Source of the DNA: an uncultured Gammaproteobacteria bacterium
Lineage (GTDB): Bacteria; Patescibacteriota; Microgenomatia; UBA1406; GWC2-37-13
Length of the DNA stretch: 64,000 nucleotides
Direction of reading: 5' to 3'
Assembly: GCA_964542665.1 (NCBI GenBank)
Contig: CAZIUF010000001.1
Location: 21,549 to 85,548, forward strand
Shown: in pieces, positions 44,770 to 54,801 of the stretch
Numbering within the stretch: position 1 is the first letter of the stretch
How the letters are laid out: every line of letters begins with the position of its first letter
Position numbers and translations under genes: made by a program
The notes under the pieces: generated by a model
Told to the model about the DNA's origin: nothing
Seen by the model: the letters and a program-made list of their open reading frames with translations, nothing else
The model's database searches: none

Positions 44770-45981
44770 ATGAATGAAATACAACAACCAGATGTAGTAA
44801 CACCGAATGGAGATGGTTCTTCAGTATCAATAACGTTCGAAAAGGGTAGTGCCATACCGCATGGCAATGCAACAGCTTTACCTGATCGGCTTACACATCC
44901 AGACGGCGAGCTTGAACCATTTTCACCATACAATTGTTCAAGTATTGGACCTGCCGAAAGCAAAGTTATTCCTGATGGAGTATATAAAGATAGTGACAAA
45001 GTGACGAAAAACTTTTGCACAGAAGTAAAAACGTCCGTTGATGCTGTTGTCGATGTGTTTAAACAGGTCGAGTCGTACACATTAGCTGAAGGAGCTCGAC
45101 TCAATATCCGGTTCATCACTACGCTGGATCATCTCACTCAAGCTATCAAAAGGAAAGACTGGGGCAACTATATTGAGGGTGTCACCCCACTTACAGGATG
45201 TGGTGTCGCTGATCTAGAGGGTATGTGCATAATCAATCTAGGCAAAATCCATCCAGCTAGAAGATTTGATGAAGATGAGTACAAGATGCTATTATCTGAA
45301 GCTAAAGATATTTATGATAAACGCGAGAATAAACCTCAAAAAAAACATGACATTCTAGGATATCGGTATGCGGCATTTGACAGAGATAATGAAGTTATCC
45401 GAGATCAAGTAATCAAACTGTTGATCGAATTTGCATGGTCCGAGGCAGAGGCAAAAACAATCGCAAATAGCGCTGAGGTGATGTTTGGCTTGATGATCTG
45501 CGATGCCCATCAAGACGAACAGGGTCATCAAGTACCAGAAAAAGTGGTGAGTCTGATCGGTATTGAGAGAAGAGAGATGATGCTTACTGTAGATGGAATA
45601 CAAGTGCCATTTACCATCGCCGAAGTAGCCGAAGCTATAACTGCAGAGGGTTACACTGGCAATGGACTATATGGCTGCGCAAATACACTCATGATGAGGG
45701 GTCTTGTGCAGGATGAAAAAGCTCCTCATATCTTGATTGGCGAGGCCAATCTGCATAATGTTGGCGTGGTAAAAAATGCATTTAATCAGGGAAGGGATTG
45801 TGGTCTCATGCGTGATGATATACGAAAGAAACTAGGGATCGCTCTTGCGGCGCTCCGTGCTGATTTTACAATCAGAGATAAAACTGATCCATTGCCAAAT
45901 GATAGGCCAAACTGTTTACTACCTACTTTTCAAACATTGCAAATGATCAAAGAAAAATACGCTTCTCCTATGAGGAATTAA
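44770..45981 (+). CDS. hypothetical protein (soluble orphan, starts MNE)
   Basis: 403-aa ORF wedged between xth and the M20 peptidase, with 15-nt gaps on both sides. No motif recognised. Confidence 0.6.
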   Translation: MNEIQQPDVVTPNGDGSSVSITFEKGSAIPHGNATALPDRLTHPDGELEPFSPYNCSSIGPAESKVIPDGVYKDSDKVTKNFCTEVKTSVDAVVDVFKQVESYTLAEGARLNIRFITTLDHLTQAIKRKDWGNYIEGVTPLTGCGVADLEGMCIINLGKIHPARRFDEDEYKMLLSEAKDIYDKRENKPQKKHDILGYRYAAFDRDNEVIRDQVIKLLIEFAWSEAEAKTIANSAEVMFGLMICDAHQDEQGHQVPEKVVSLIGIERREMMLTVDGIQVPFTIAEVAEAITAEGYTGNGLYGCANTLMMRGLVQDEKAPHILIGEANLHNVGVVKNAFNQGRDCGLMRDDIRKKLGIALAALRADFTIRDKTDPLPNDRPNCLLPTFQTLQMIKEKYASPMRN

Positions 45982-45996
45982 ATAATTCATATACTT

Positions 45997-47139
45997 ATGT
46001 CAGAAGCATCACCCACTATCGAACTATTAAAAGACTTGATTGAGATACCTTCGCCCTATCCAGACGAGTCACGCATTGGTGAGTTTATGTATGGTTATCT
46101 CAAAGACCGTGAGGGTGTACGGGTGATCATGAGTGAGGTTGAACCACGAAGATATAACATCATTGCCACCAAGGGATCTGGCGATACACTCTATGGATTT
46201 TGTGGACACCTTGATACAGTGAAGCTTGTCTCTGGGTGGACAGTAGACCCACATGCCGCGGTCATCAAAGATGACCGTTTATATGGTCTCGGCGCATATG
46301 ATATGAAGGGCGGGATAGCTGCCATGGTCAGAGCATTTGTTGATGCAAAACCCACCAACTCTCAAATTGTACTCATCCTGACTATTGATGAAGAAAATGT
46401 TGGAGCAGGTTGCGAACACTTTTTACGAACAGAACTCTCAAAAAAGATTTCTCATCTTGTCGTTTGTGAACCTGCATTTACCAATGGACAGCAAGGTATC
46501 GTCACAGGTAGGTCTGGGTGGGGATGGATCAATATCACACTTTCACAACCGCCAAAACATTTTAATGAATACATGCCTTCTCGCGATCTTCAATTGCTCT
46601 GGGCAAAGACTCTTGAATATATTCATACTCTCAATCGAGAGGAAAAATCGTATGGTGGCAAACAATTTATCTATGCACGAGAAACACACGCACAAGGAAG
46701 CGGACTGTCTCTTTGCACGAGTATCACCGCGCAATGTGACTGTAGTATCCTCCTCCCTGATAGTGGCGTTGGACTCGCTGAAAAAATAAAGGGTTTTATC
46801 TCAAAACAAATAGGCGGGGTCTTTGACTCAATGATCCAATTCACCGTGTCTTTTGACCCTGGGGCACGCACATATTATGCACCTTACACCACACCTCAGG
46901 ACTCTTCTCACCTAGACGCTCTAAAGTCAGCAGTGCACAAGATCACGAGTAAAGCGGCAGTCCCCTATTTTCGTTCATCTGTGTCAGATGAAAATATTCT
47001 TGCAGCTGCAGGGATCAGTGTGCTTGGTATCGGAGCCGAAGGATATGGAGCACATGCTCCAGATGAGTGGGTCAGCATCACATCAGTTCAGAAGTTGAAG
47101 GATATACTTTCTGAATATTTGAATCTGCTTGATAAGTAG
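45997..47139 (+). CDS. M20 family metallopeptidase (ArgE/DapE-like)
   Basis: GHLDTV, DMKGG and TIDEEN motifs. Confidence 0.8.
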   Translation: MSEASPTIELLKDLIEIPSPYPDESRIGEFMYGYLKDREGVRVIMSEVEPRRYNIIATKGSGDTLYGFCGHLDTVKLVSGWTVDPHAAVIKDDRLYGLGAYDMKGGIAAMVRAFVDAKPTNSQIVLILTIDEENVGAGCEHFLRTELSKKISHLVVCEPAFTNGQQGIVTGRSGWGWINITLSQPPKHFNEYMPSRDLQLLWAKTLEYIHTLNREEKSYGGKQFIYARETHAQGSGLSLCTSITAQCDCSILLPDSGVGLAEKIKGFISKQIGGVFDSMIQFTVSFDPGARTYYAPYTTPQDSSHLDALKSAVHKITSKAAVPYFRSSVSDENILAAAGISVLGIGAEGYGAHAPDEWVSITSVQKLKDILSEYLNLLDK

Positions 47140-47142
47140 ATA

Positions 47143-47955
47143 TTACTGTTGCAGCTCTTTTACGATCTCCAGCACCCGCTTGGCAGGAAGTGCCAAACTC
47201 AAACCCTCGATAGGCGTCCTTGTGTCAAACCACGAAAACTTTGCGGTGTTCATCCCCACGATTCCACACTCATTGAAAAGCGGTCCACCTGAGTTGCCTG
47301 GGTTGATCGCTGCGTCTGTCTGTACATATTTTTGGCCATCTTTCTGGGTATTGAAGCGAGAGAAGATCCCTCTCGTGATTGCGGGCTCTATCTGATCTCG
47401 TTCTTTGGGCCACCCAACAGCGAGCAACTCCTCGCCTTGGGCAAGCTGGTCACTATCAAAAAATGGACAACTGGGCAGCTTGTCATTTGTCTTGAGTAGC
47501 GACACATCATTTTCTGAGGAAGATTGGACCAACTCAAGTGGTCGCTCAACACCATTGACTCGCGTCTTGAAGATAAATGATCCCTGAGTGACGTGTTTAT
47601 TTGTTACCAGGAGTCCATTGCCCAAACTGATACCCGATCCATGCTGTTTGATCGTCCCGTTTTCGTCATACGACAAGATGATATATGCACAACGCACCGC
47701 TTTATATCTCGTTTCCCCCATGTTGCATCCTGCGCGTGGATTGCCAAGTGATGCACCCGCGATCTCTGCAGCTTTTTGGTTTTTAAGATGTACTCGCCAG
47801 AGACTGACGATTGTCAATAAAACCGCCCCACCAACGACGATACCAATCACAAATGTTGCGATGATGATCTTGATAGTATTGTCCTCATGTACCTGACCTA
47901 CCTGCAACCCAGAAGGTAGCGGAACAGCATGAGCCATTGAGTCGGGGGTAGCCAT
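47143..47955 (-). CDS. membrane-anchored trypsin-like serine protease (S1C, no PDZ domain)
   Basis: TNKHV (His), ENDVSLLK (Asp), TDAAINPGNSGGPLF (Ser). Confidence 0.85.
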   Translation of the reverse strand: MATPDSMAHAVPLPSGLQVGQVHEDNTIKIIIATFVIGIVVGGAVLLTIVSLWRVHLKNQKAAEIAGASLGNPRAGCNMGETRYKAVRCAYIILSYDENGTIKQHGSGISLGNGLLVTNKHVTQGSFIFKTRVNGVERPLELVQSSSENDVSLLKTNDKLPSCPFFDSDQLAQGEELLAVGWPKERDQIEPAITRGIFSRFNTQKDGQKYVQTDAAINPGNSGGPLFNECGIVGMNTAKFSWFDTRTPIEGLSLALPAKRVLEIVKELQQ

Positions 47956-48053
47956 AGCATCTATGGTAGCATATCTGAGTTCACAGCAGCAACATATTTA
48001 GCATGGTGTGTTTTGTCTATAGGATTGTCACCGTGCTATACTGAGGTTTGAAT

Positions 48054-48383
48054 ATGCATACGAGGCACATCATCATTTCATTATCATCGATCGTCATTGG
48101 CTTTCTTGTCATCGTCTACGTCATAGTCCGCACAACAGGTACAGCGCTACCAAGTAATACCAAGTCAATTACACCTATCACCCCAATTCCGGTTGATTCA
48201 GCCAAATTACCTGAGGCACTACAAAAAATACAGAATAAAGCACGTCAATCAAATACAAATGACTTGCAGCTTGTAGGAGCACCTATTGGAACAAATCCAG
48301 GGAGTGTAATTCAGCCCGCTCCAACAACTACTAAGGGGTCTCCGTCTCCCGTAAGCAGTCCAACACTCAGACCTGTCCAGTAA
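48054..48383 (+). CDS. membrane-anchored hypothetical protein
   Basis: TTGTCT-N18-TATACT promoter-like sequence and a GAGG RBS upstream. One TM helix and a Pro/Thr-rich tail. Confidence 0.5.
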   Translation: MHTRHIIISLSSIVIGFLVIVYVIVRTTGTALPSNTKSITPITPIPVDSAKLPEALQKIQNKARQSNTNDLQLVGAPIGTNPGSVIQPAPTTTKGSPSPVSSPTLRPVQ

Positions 48384-48396
48384 CGGTCTAAGGCCA

Positions 48397-50163
48397 CTAA
48401 TAGATCTCATAGTTCGCAAGAAGCTTCTTGTTCCCCTCTATTTGGAATCGCAAGAGATCACTGTATATACCTGGTCTATTTGCCAGTTCTCCTGGCGTGC
48501 CTTGATCAACAATCTTTCCCTCGTCCAGCACGATGATGCGATCGGCATCACGTAATGTTGAGAATCTATGGGCGATGATGAGAGTAAGGCGATCACGCAT
48601 CAGGTTTTCCATAGCAGACTGGACAGCAAGCTCGCTTTGTGCATCGAGACTACTTGTCGCCTCATCAAGAATCAGTATCGGCGCATCCTTGAGTATTGCT
48701 CGGGCTATTTGGATACGTTGCTTTTGTCCTCCTGAGAGTCTGACACCACGCTCCCCAACCTCACTATGCATGCCTTTTGGCAGCTTTTTGACGAACTCCC
48801 ATGCCTGAGCCATCTCAAGTGCTTTCTGCACCTCATCATCTGTGTGGTGGGATCCATAGGTGACATTTTCTCTGATTGATGTTGAGAAAAGTTCATTTTC
48901 TTGGAAAACAAGCGCGATATTGTGACGAACATCGACATGATTCAGCTCTTTGTAACTATGGCCGGACATCGAGATTTTGCCACGAGTTGCATCGTAAAAC
49001 TTCATGATAAGGCTGACGAGAGTGGTCTTGCCAGCTCCACTACGACCTACAAGCGCTACTGTTTCGCGCTGATTGATATCAAACGTGATATTACTCAAGA
49101 CCTCACGTACATCCTCATAACTAAAGAATACTTTCTCAAAATGGATCGAGGGATCGCGAAGTATCTTTGGAGAGTAGCCTGACATGACCGGCTCACGAGA
49201 GGGAAGCTCAAGAAGATTGAAAAATTCCTTGGACCCCGTCTCAGCCTCTTGGATACGAGTTAGTATGAAGGACATTGCAAAAAGTGGCCGACGTACTTGA
49301 TTGATCAGTTGGATGATAAGGACAGCTTCACCGAGGGTGATAGCTCCCTTGTATGCATCCGTAAATGTGATGAAGTAGATCGTAAGCAAAATGAGATGAA
49401 GACTCATATTGCGCAAAAAGTCATAGGTATGAAAAATCTTACTTTGTCTCGTGACGATTTCGTTAATCAAAACAAATGTTTTGGATATCAGAGATAGTTC
49501 TTCGTGTTGATTATTAAATCCTTTGACTAGTTTGATATTAACGATACTCTCAGAGAGTCGTCCGCGGGTAACATCCTCATATTTATTCCGCTTTTCTTGC
49601 TCTTTGCCCCATCGCTTCGTCGAAAGTGATGTTAGATACACATATATTGGAAATAAAAGTGTTACTAAAAAGGCTGTCCAGATGCTATATCGAGCAAGTA
49701 TAAAGATGGTAAATACCGCCTGCAAAAATGCAGTCATGATAAAGTTCGTGGCAGTGTTGTAAAAGTCAGAGATGACTTGAACTCCTCTATTAAGCTGATT
49801 GATGATCTTTCCAGACAACTCACCATCATAATACGATTGACTGAGCGTGAGCGCTTTCTCAAAAAATACTTCGGTGAGATATTTTTTGAGCTTCGCAGCA
49901 AATCGATCGCCGAGATGACTAGAGATATTGCTGATGAGTTGACCAACCATGCTAACGCCGAACCCAATACCCAAGATCAAGATGAGCGTATCGATCGGAT
50001 GATTTGGATTTTTTATCTTTGTCGTGACTTCATCGATAGCAAACTTGAATACAATTGGGTTGATGAGTTCAACCAGCGCACTCAGCACTACAAGGGCTGA
50101 AATAAATAGAAATAGTCCTCGGATTGGACGAGCAATACGGATGATCTTGACGATATTTATCAT
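48397..50163 (-). CDS. ABC transporter, fused permease/ATPase (exporter type)
   Basis: GRSGAGKTT, LSGGQKQRIQIARAIL, ILILDEATSSLD. Confidence 0.9.
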   Translation of the reverse strand: MINIVKIIRIARPIRGLFLFISALVVLSALVELINPIVFKFAIDEVTTKIKNPNHPIDTLILILGIGFGVSMVGQLISNISSHLGDRFAAKLKKYLTEVFFEKALTLSQSYYDGELSGKIINQLNRGVQVISDFYNTATNFIMTAFLQAVFTIFILARYSIWTAFLVTLLFPIYVYLTSLSTKRWGKEQEKRNKYEDVTRGRLSESIVNIKLVKGFNNQHEELSLISKTFVLINEIVTRQSKIFHTYDFLRNMSLHLILLTIYFITFTDAYKGAITLGEAVLIIQLINQVRRPLFAMSFILTRIQEAETGSKEFFNLLELPSREPVMSGYSPKILRDPSIHFEKVFFSYEDVREVLSNITFDINQRETVALVGRSGAGKTTLVSLIMKFYDATRGKISMSGHSYKELNHVDVRHNIALVFQENELFSTSIRENVTYGSHHTDDEVQKALEMAQAWEFVKKLPKGMHSEVGERGVRLSGGQKQRIQIARAILKDAPILILDEATSSLDAQSELAVQSAMENLMRDRLTLIIAHRFSTLRDADRIIVLDEGKIVDQGTPGELANRPGIYSDLLRFQIEGNKKLLANYEIY

Positions 50164-50187
50164 AAAAAATGGAAAAAATGATTGAAA

Positions 50188-51087
50188 TCACGCCGATTTT
50201 ACTTCTGATGATGGGGTCACGTGCACTGCAGCAGATGCAGGGATAAATACAGCAATACCAATCATGTATAAAATGATCGTTATCCACCCACCCAATCCGA
50301 CAAATCCCACAAGTCCACTGACTAGATCAAGTAATATGAACGGCGTAACTAGATACATACTCATCTTATAAATATATCCGTATGACTGAGTGCGCTTGAT
50401 GATGCGTGCTGCAAGTAAACCAAAAAGTGACCAGAAAAGGAGCGTAAGGAGCCAGCCAAGCACGACTGAGATCGGGCTAAAGACAACGATAGATAGAACC
50501 AGTGCGATGACTATGGTTCGGATATTGTTCACAGAAATATACTGTCGGAATGATGATACAAACTTGTCGTAGTCTTTTTTGGTTACAGATACGGGCTTAT
50601 CTGAATCTTTTGAGAATTCGCTAAATGGTCGATACTCTACTTTATTATCACTCCTTACGTGTACACCTTTTGAGGTTATGAGGATCATACAAGAGCAAGT
50701 ATCAATATCTTCTCCTTGGGCCTTGGTATCAAGAACCAGTATCTGTTGAGGACTATTTTTCTGGCTTTTGAGTTCTGAAGCAAATGCACGAGGTGTATAT
50801 ATGAGCGGTTGGCTCTGATTGGTCGTCAAGATACCATTATCGAGGGTCATCTCGAGATCATCTGGATAGAGACGATCGATTTCATATTGCACCTCACTCA
50901 CTATTTTTGGTGCATCTTGAGCTACCCATTGCCATGCATCAATTGCTATTTTGGTTGATCCAAGCAAAGTGGTCAGCACAATCAATAAAACAAGATATTT
51001 AAATCGCTTACCAAACGAATCTCCAGCTGACTGGATATAAAATGTCTTGTCAGTAAATGATTTGAGAATGGTTTGAAAAAACGACAT
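50188..51087 (-). CDS. DUF1189-like multi-pass membrane protein
   Basis: The N-terminus FFQTILKSFTDKTFY...KYLVLLIVL and its topology resemble DUF1189. Recollection only. Confidence 0.4.
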   Translation of the reverse strand: MSFFQTILKSFTDKTFYIQSAGDSFGKRFKYLVLLIVLTTLLGSTKIAIDAWQWVAQDAPKIVSEVQYEIDRLYPDDLEMTLDNGILTTNQSQPLIYTPRAFASELKSQKNSPQQILVLDTKAQGEDIDTCSCMILITSKGVHVRSDNKVEYRPFSEFSKDSDKPVSVTKKDYDKFVSSFRQYISVNNIRTIVIALVLSIVVFSPISVVLGWLLTLLFWSLFGLLAARIIKRTQSYGYIYKMSMYLVTPFILLDLVSGLVGFVGLGGWITIILYMIGIAVFIPASAAVHVTPSSEVKSA

Positions 51088-51155
51088 ATATCTGAATAAA
51101 TTGGTAACCTACAGGCAGGTGCAAAGTAAATCATGACTGGACCTTTTCACAAGCC

Positions 51156-52229
51156 CTATTGTACCCTCTCCATCATATATTGTACCGCATCATGCATGAT
51201 CAACTGAATATGAGTATCGGTAGTCAGTTGAGTGACCAGCTTTTCTGCTTTGTGCACATACTCCCAACCAAGATCTATGGAGCTTTGTAATGCTCCTGTA
51301 TCTCGCATCGCCTGCAAAAGTTGATGAATGTCACTATCAGATGCTTGTGGATTGCCTACTACTCTACCTGCTAGATGCCTTTGAGCAGCATCTGCTCTCT
51401 GCAAGAACTCCAGGAGCAGCACTGTACGTTTACCCTCGATGATATCTGAAACATCAGATTTACCTGTTGTCTTTGCGTCTCCGAACGTGCCTAAGATATC
51501 GTCTTGTATCTGAAATGCCCAGCCAAATGATTCCCCATATGATTTAAGTGTCTCAATGATTTTTTGATCAGTCTGACCAGCAAGGACAGCTCCAATTTGG
51601 AGGGGCATCACTCCGGTATAGTAGGCAGTTTTATATTTGTACACTTTAAGAACCATGTCGATCGTCCCCTCAGCATCATACATATGAAACATATCGAGGG
51701 CCTGCCCATAGCCTGTCATAGCTCCATAGCTGCCCATGATCTGTACTGCTCTTTGAACATATTGCGGTTCAAGATGCGATTCTGATAAAGCTAAAAAGGC
51801 AAGAAATATGCCTATATCTCCACCTGATATTGCCGTTGCCACCCCCACATGAGGTGCATCGTCAGTCCTATTTGTGTACATATCGCGGTAGTATTCATGC
51901 ATCGTAACAATCCCTCGGCGTCGAATATCTCGATCCATGATGTCGTCATGGATCAGTAGCGAGGTATGGAGTATTTCTGTAGCGATGGATGCTTTGAGTA
52001 TTTTCTCTGTATCTTTACCTCCCATCATCTCGTAGCCTAGTTTCATCAGGGCACCTCGCAGTCGCTTACCCCCTTTGGATAAGGTGATGAAGTGGTCCAT
52101 GATTTCACCACTTCGTGGGTCAGCATCTCGGGCAGTCTGTGCATGTGCAGCCAGAAATGCTTCGAGATGTGGCTGGCTTTCTGTCGCATAGGACTCCAAA
52201 TATTGGAGGAAAGGGCGAGGAGTACTCAT
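51156..52229 (-). CDS. polyprenyl diphosphate synthase (GGPP/FPP synthase type)
   Basis: LIHDDIMD (FARM) and QIQDDILG (SARM). ATG at 52229. Confidence 0.85.
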   Translation of the reverse strand: MSTPRPFLQYLESYATESQPHLEAFLAAHAQTARDADPRSGEIMDHFITLSKGGKRLRGALMKLGYEMMGGKDTEKILKASIATEILHTSLLIHDDIMDRDIRRRGIVTMHEYYRDMYTNRTDDAPHVGVATAISGGDIGIFLAFLALSESHLEPQYVQRAVQIMGSYGAMTGYGQALDMFHMYDAEGTIDMVLKVYKYKTAYYTGVMPLQIGAVLAGQTDQKIIETLKSYGESFGWAFQIQDDILGTFGDAKTTGKSDVSDIIEGKRTVLLLEFLQRADAAQRHLAGRVVGNPQASDSDIHQLLQAMRDTGALQSSIDLGWEYVHKAEKLVTQLTTDTHIQLIMHDAVQYMMERVQ

Positions 52230-52309
52230 TAATCTATTATAACCGCAAAAAGCACATATCGTCTTCGGTGATATAATCACCTGGCATTTAAATCATCTTT
52301 AACTCACCT

Positions 52310-53509
52310 ATGTTTACTCCCTCCGAAACAATACTTAAAAAGTATGCTGATGTCCTCATTAAGTTTGCTCTGTGGTCTGGTGAGGGTATAGACAAAGGTG
52401 ATGTGGTGGCTGTCACGATCAGTGAGTCAGCCAAGCCGCTCTTGAAACATCTACAGCGATCGATCATGGAAGCTGGAGGTCATATGCTCTTGAACTACGC
52501 GCCTGATGGGCTCACTAGAGACTACTTTGAGCTGGCAAATGAGGATCAGCTAAACTTCATCCCGAAGCAATATCTGTTTGAACGCGTCAAGTTGGCTGAT
52601 CACTTCGTTGGTATCATTTCTGAAGTTGATAAGCACGAGTTAGAAGGCATTGATGGCAAAAAAATCATGCATAGAGGCAAACTTATGAAGCCCTATATGG
52701 ATGCCCGTCGTGATAAAGAAGATGCGGGTGAACTGACCTGGACCCTGGGTCTCTATGGCACTCCAGCCATGGCCAAGGAGGTTGGGATGACTGAAGAAGA
52801 ATACTGGGATGAGATCGTAAAGGCGTGTTATCTCGACGAGGCCGATCCAATAGCGAAATGGAAAGAGCTTTTTGTTCAGATTGAGGGCACAAAAGATAAG
52901 CTCAACGCACTTTCCATCGAATCGGTCGATGTGAAAGGCAAGGATGCTAATCTCCATGTCAAACTTGGGCCAGATCGTAAATGGCTTGGCGGAAGTGGAC
53001 GCAATATCCCTAGCTTTGAACTCTTTATATCTCCTGACTGTCGCGAGACAGAAGGGTGGATCCAGTTCAACCAACCACTTTATCGCTATGGCAACCTGAT
53101 CAAAGATGTGAGGCTTGAATTTAAAGATGGTAAAGTGGTGAAGGCGACAGCTTCACAAAATGAACAAGTGCTCAAGGATATGATTGCGGTCGAAAATGCA
53201 GACAAGATTGGCGAGTTCTCGCTCACTGATTCACGTTTCTCGCGGATCACCAAGTTTATGGGCGAGACACTCTATGATGAAAATGTTGGAGGTAGATATG
53301 GCAATACGCATATCGCTGTCGGGATGGCATATCGTGATAGTTATGTCGGCAATCCCAAAGATATCGCCGAACATCAGTGGAAGGATATGGGCTTTAACGA
53401 CTCATCAGTACATACAGATATCGTCTCCACGACTGATCGGACAGTGACTGCAACTTTGAAAGACGGGACGAAGAAAGTGATTTATAAGGATGGGAAGTTT
53501 GTATTATGA
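52310..53509 (+). CDS. M29 family aminopeptidase (AmpS/PepS-like)
   Basis: N-terminal LKKYADVLIKFALWSGEGIDKGDVV and C-terminal NTHIAVG...HTDIV match the M29 pattern. Confidence 0.8.
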   Translation: MFTPSETILKKYADVLIKFALWSGEGIDKGDVVAVTISESAKPLLKHLQRSIMEAGGHMLLNYAPDGLTRDYFELANEDQLNFIPKQYLFERVKLADHFVGIISEVDKHELEGIDGKKIMHRGKLMKPYMDARRDKEDAGELTWTLGLYGTPAMAKEVGMTEEEYWDEIVKACYLDEADPIAKWKELFVQIEGTKDKLNALSIESVDVKGKDANLHVKLGPDRKWLGGSGRNIPSFELFISPDCRETEGWIQFNQPLYRYGNLIKDVRLEFKDGKVVKATASQNEQVLKDMIAVENADKIGEFSLTDSRFSRITKFMGETLYDENVGGRYGNTHIAVGMAYRDSYVGNPKDIAEHQWKDMGFNDSSVHTDIVSTTDRTVTATLKDGTKKVIYKDGKFVL

Positions 53510-53595
53510 AAAAGATCTATTACCTCCCTATTGGGCTGGGTATCGTCATCGTTATTCTCATAATCATTCTCATTTTCGCTCCTGTACCGCGATGA
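53506..53595 (+). CDS. 29-aa hydrophobic peptide
   Basis: Its ATG overlaps the aminopeptidase TGA (ATGA). Sequence MKKIYYLPIGLGIVIVILIIILIFAPVPR. Confidence 0.3.
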   Translation: MKKIYYLPIGLGIVIVILIIILIFAPVPR

Positions 53596-53636
53596 TTGCG
53601 TGTCTCTAGGCCAGTATGGCTTGATATAATAGCTCC

Positions 53637-54059
53637 ATGCGTATCGGGAAAACATATGTCACTATCAGGTGTATCGTCCAAAATGTTAAAGACGAGGTTC
53701 TTCTTTTGAGACGCTCTGATCAAGAGATAGGCAACATAGGCATGTGGGAGTTGCCTGGCGGTCATATTGACTTTGGTGAGCACCCAAATACCTCTGTGGT
53801 GCGTGAAACTTTTGAAGAAACAGGCATATCAGTACGGTCTCCCAGCATCATCAATATCTCGTCACGTCTCAATAGGCGCAATGAGCATTCAATCTGTATG
53901 ACATACCTTGCACAAGTCCAGATGCCACCAATTTTACTGAGCGAGGAACATGATGCGTACATGTGGGCGCCAGTCTACAAGGCGCTCTCAAGCCCTATCA
54001 CCGCACGTACTCGAGTGATCCTGAGAGAATATCAGCGAGATCTACTCGCAAGCGAATAA
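53637..54059 (+). CDS. Nudix hydrolase
   Basis: Nudix box GGHIDFGEHPNTSVVRETFEETGI. Confidence 0.85.
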   Translation: MRIGKTYVTIRCIVQNVKDEVLLLRRSDQEIGNIGMWELPGGHIDFGEHPNTSVVRETFEETGISVRSPSIINISSRLNRRNEHSICMTYLAQVQMPPILLSEEHDAYMWAPVYKALSSPITARTRVILREYQRDLLASE

Positions 54060-54210
54060 GCGATCTTTGTCAAATGTACTTTTTGAGCTACTTCGACCTA
54101 GTTGACAGGTATTAAAAAAAAGCATACCATTGACCTACGTTCATGGTAATTTCTTAACTATATAGTTTAGAAAAACTCCTGAGCCCTATTATCATTTTCA
54201 TATACTACCT

Positions 54211-54480
54211 ATGAAAATCATCCGAAAGATGACGGTCCCACCTGCGGTGCTTGCTGTTAAAAAATCCATGGGTACTCTTGACAAGGTCATATCCATGATC
54301 GAAAGCAAAAAGAACTATGCTGCCACGATTCAACAGATCGATGCTGCAATGGGTCTCGCCACTGCTGCCAAGAGATCACTCATGGCAACTCTATTGGAAG
54401 ACACGGTCAAGGCTGGGGCAAAGAATCCAAAAAAACTGGTAACAGATTTGCAGAAACTCTACACAAGTGGAGTGAAGTAA
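54211..54480 (+). CDS. CsoR/RcnR/FrmR-fold regulator lacking all Cys and His
   Basis: LDKVISMIESKKNYAATIQQIDAAMGLATAAKRSLMATLLEDTV has the heptad pattern of DUF156 repressors (MIE..rYC.DvL.Q..A). The 89-aa sequence contains no C or H. Confidence 0.6.
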   Translation: MKIIRKMTVPPAVLAVKKSMGTLDKVISMIESKKNYAATIQQIDAAMGLATAAKRSLMATLLEDTVKAGAKNPKKLVTDLQKLYTSGVK

Positions 54481-54499
54481 ATCTATTTCATCATATGCA

Positions 54500-54528
54500 T
54501 CACCCCGATCTATCGGGGTGATTTTTTT
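54500..54528 (+). terminator. rho-independent terminator (possibly also an operator)
   Basis: TCACCCCGAT-CT-ATCGGGGTGA followed by a T7 run. Confidence 0.8.
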
Positions 54529-54600
54529 ACCATATACCAGACACATCTCATTCAATTTCTACACCCTCATGCCGATTGTCTGCTGATACAATAGTCTCCT

Positions 54601-54798
54601 ATGTCAGTCCAAAAAACCACCATCCACATCTCAGGGATGCATTGCGCGAGCTGTGATCTCCTGGTCAAAATGAAACTCAAAGAGATGAAAAATATCATCG
54701 ATGTAGTCCCTGATTTTGAAAAAAAACAGGCCATCATCACTCACAAAGATAATCTATCACTTGCTGAGGTCAACTCTGTCCTCTGCGAATCTGGCTAA
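54601..54798 (+). CDS. heavy-metal-associated (HMA, CopZ-like) domain protein
   Basis: GMHCASCDLLV (M-x-C-x-x-C). Confidence 0.85.
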   Translation: MSVQKTTIHISGMHCASCDLLVKMKLKEMKNIIDVVPDFEKKQAIITHKDNLSLAEVNSVLCESG

Positions 54799-54801
54799 AC
54801 A

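Noticed and set aside
44740-45996. Flanking repeats around the orphan gene 44770-45981: ACATTGGACATATGATCG versus ACATTGCAAATGATCA
   Set aside because: The match is short, gapped and imperfect (about 13/18) with different reading frames, so it is not convincing as a duplicated xth end.
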